Assembly (NCBI GenBank): GCA_036500225.1
Contig: DASYCJ010000055.1
Span: 8,143 to 72,142 of the forward strand
Length of the DNA: 64,000 bases
Direction of reading: 5' to 3'
Source: Gammaproteobacteria bacterium
GTDB lineage: Bacteria > Pseudomonadota > Gammaproteobacteria > Natronospirales > REEB76
Shown: positions 63,821-64,000 of the stretch, in pieces
Layout: every line of letters starts with the position of its first letter
How positions within the stretch are numbered: position 1 is the stretch's first letter
Made by a program: the position numbers and the translations under genes
Notes under the pieces: generated by a model
Told to the model about the DNA's origin: nothing
Database searches by the model: none
Seen by the model: the letters and a program-made list of their open reading frames with translations, nothing else

Positions 63821-64000
63821 TCAGAAGGCGTTGACGCCGGTGAGTTCCTTGCCGATCACCAACTGATGCACGCTCTCGGTGCCTTCATAGGTGATGACCG
63901 ATTCCAGGTTGAGGGCGTGGCGGATGGGGCAGAACTCGGTAGTGATCCCCGCGCCTCCCAAGAGATCGCGCGCGTCGCGGGCGATGTCCATGGCCATACG
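63821..64000 (-). CDS. acyl-CoA dehydrogenase, glutaryl-CoA-dehydrogenase-like (C-terminal 59 codons only)
   Basis: Not in the ORF track. Reverse translation gives ...RMAMDIARDARDLLGGAGITTEFCPIRHALNLESVITYEGTESVHQLVIGKELTGVNAF*, the conserved ACAD/GcdH C-terminus. The stop lies 1 nt from the HAD start. Confidence 0.8.
   Translation of the reverse strand, partial: RMAMDIARDARDLLGGAGITTEFCPIRHALNLESVITYEGTESVHQLVIGKELTGVNAF

Noticed and set aside
1-64000. Search for mobile elements, tRNA/rRNA genes, integrases, transposases, phage or defence-system genes.
   Set aside because: I recognised none by eye. I saw no tRNA-like T-arm/acceptor patterns, no IS-type terminal inverted repeats flanking ORFs, and no large compositional island beyond short AT-rich promoter gaps. 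This remains a visual negative, not a tool-based one.

Overview
GC-rich, gene-dense chromosomal segment. From gene content it looks like a free-living Gammaproteobacterium, possibly Xanthomonadales/Nevskiales-like, but that is inference only. I call 53 protein-coding genes. Two are partial at the window edges, and one of those (a CHASE2 Ser/Thr kinase, 1-2373, minus strand) is missing from the ORF track because its frame is open to position 1. Many genes are translationally coupled by ATGA/GTGA overlaps. I saw no rRNA, tRNA, CRISPR array, transposase, integrase or phage gene, so this reads as core or 'shell' chromosome, not a mobile island. Recognisable housekeeping genes are purT, yajQ, mdh, fadE, dinB, nfi, a serB-serA fusion, murB, chaA and mipA. 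The rest is rich in envelope and secreted functions: two M28 peptidases, an S9 peptidase, paired amidohydrolases, a 14-blade FG-GAP protein with a GlyGly-CTERM tail, and DUF4097-like beta-helix proteins. It is also rich in signalling: three GGDEF proteins and the CHASE2 kinase. The best candidate for an uncharacterised system is a seven-gene minus-strand operon (13382-18099). It encodes a secreted triple-repeat protein, a YtrA-type GntR regulator, an ABC ATPase, an ABC-2 permease, a BON lipoprotein and two paralogous beta-strand-repeat envelope proteins. A repeated 10-mer (CTATAACACC) in its upstream region looks like an operator. Other points worth follow-up are a two-lobed retropepsin-like protein with D-T-S motifs, a 2OG oxygenase coupled to the FG-GAP protein, a PleD-like protein with reversed receiver logic, a metal-ligand-less amidohydrolase paralog, and a perfect 21-bp palindrome on a tetR start codon upstream of an Lnt-like gene. 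There is also an apparent excess of TATATAG/CTATATA heptamers inside coding regions. All family assignments come from reading motifs by eye. No database search was run.
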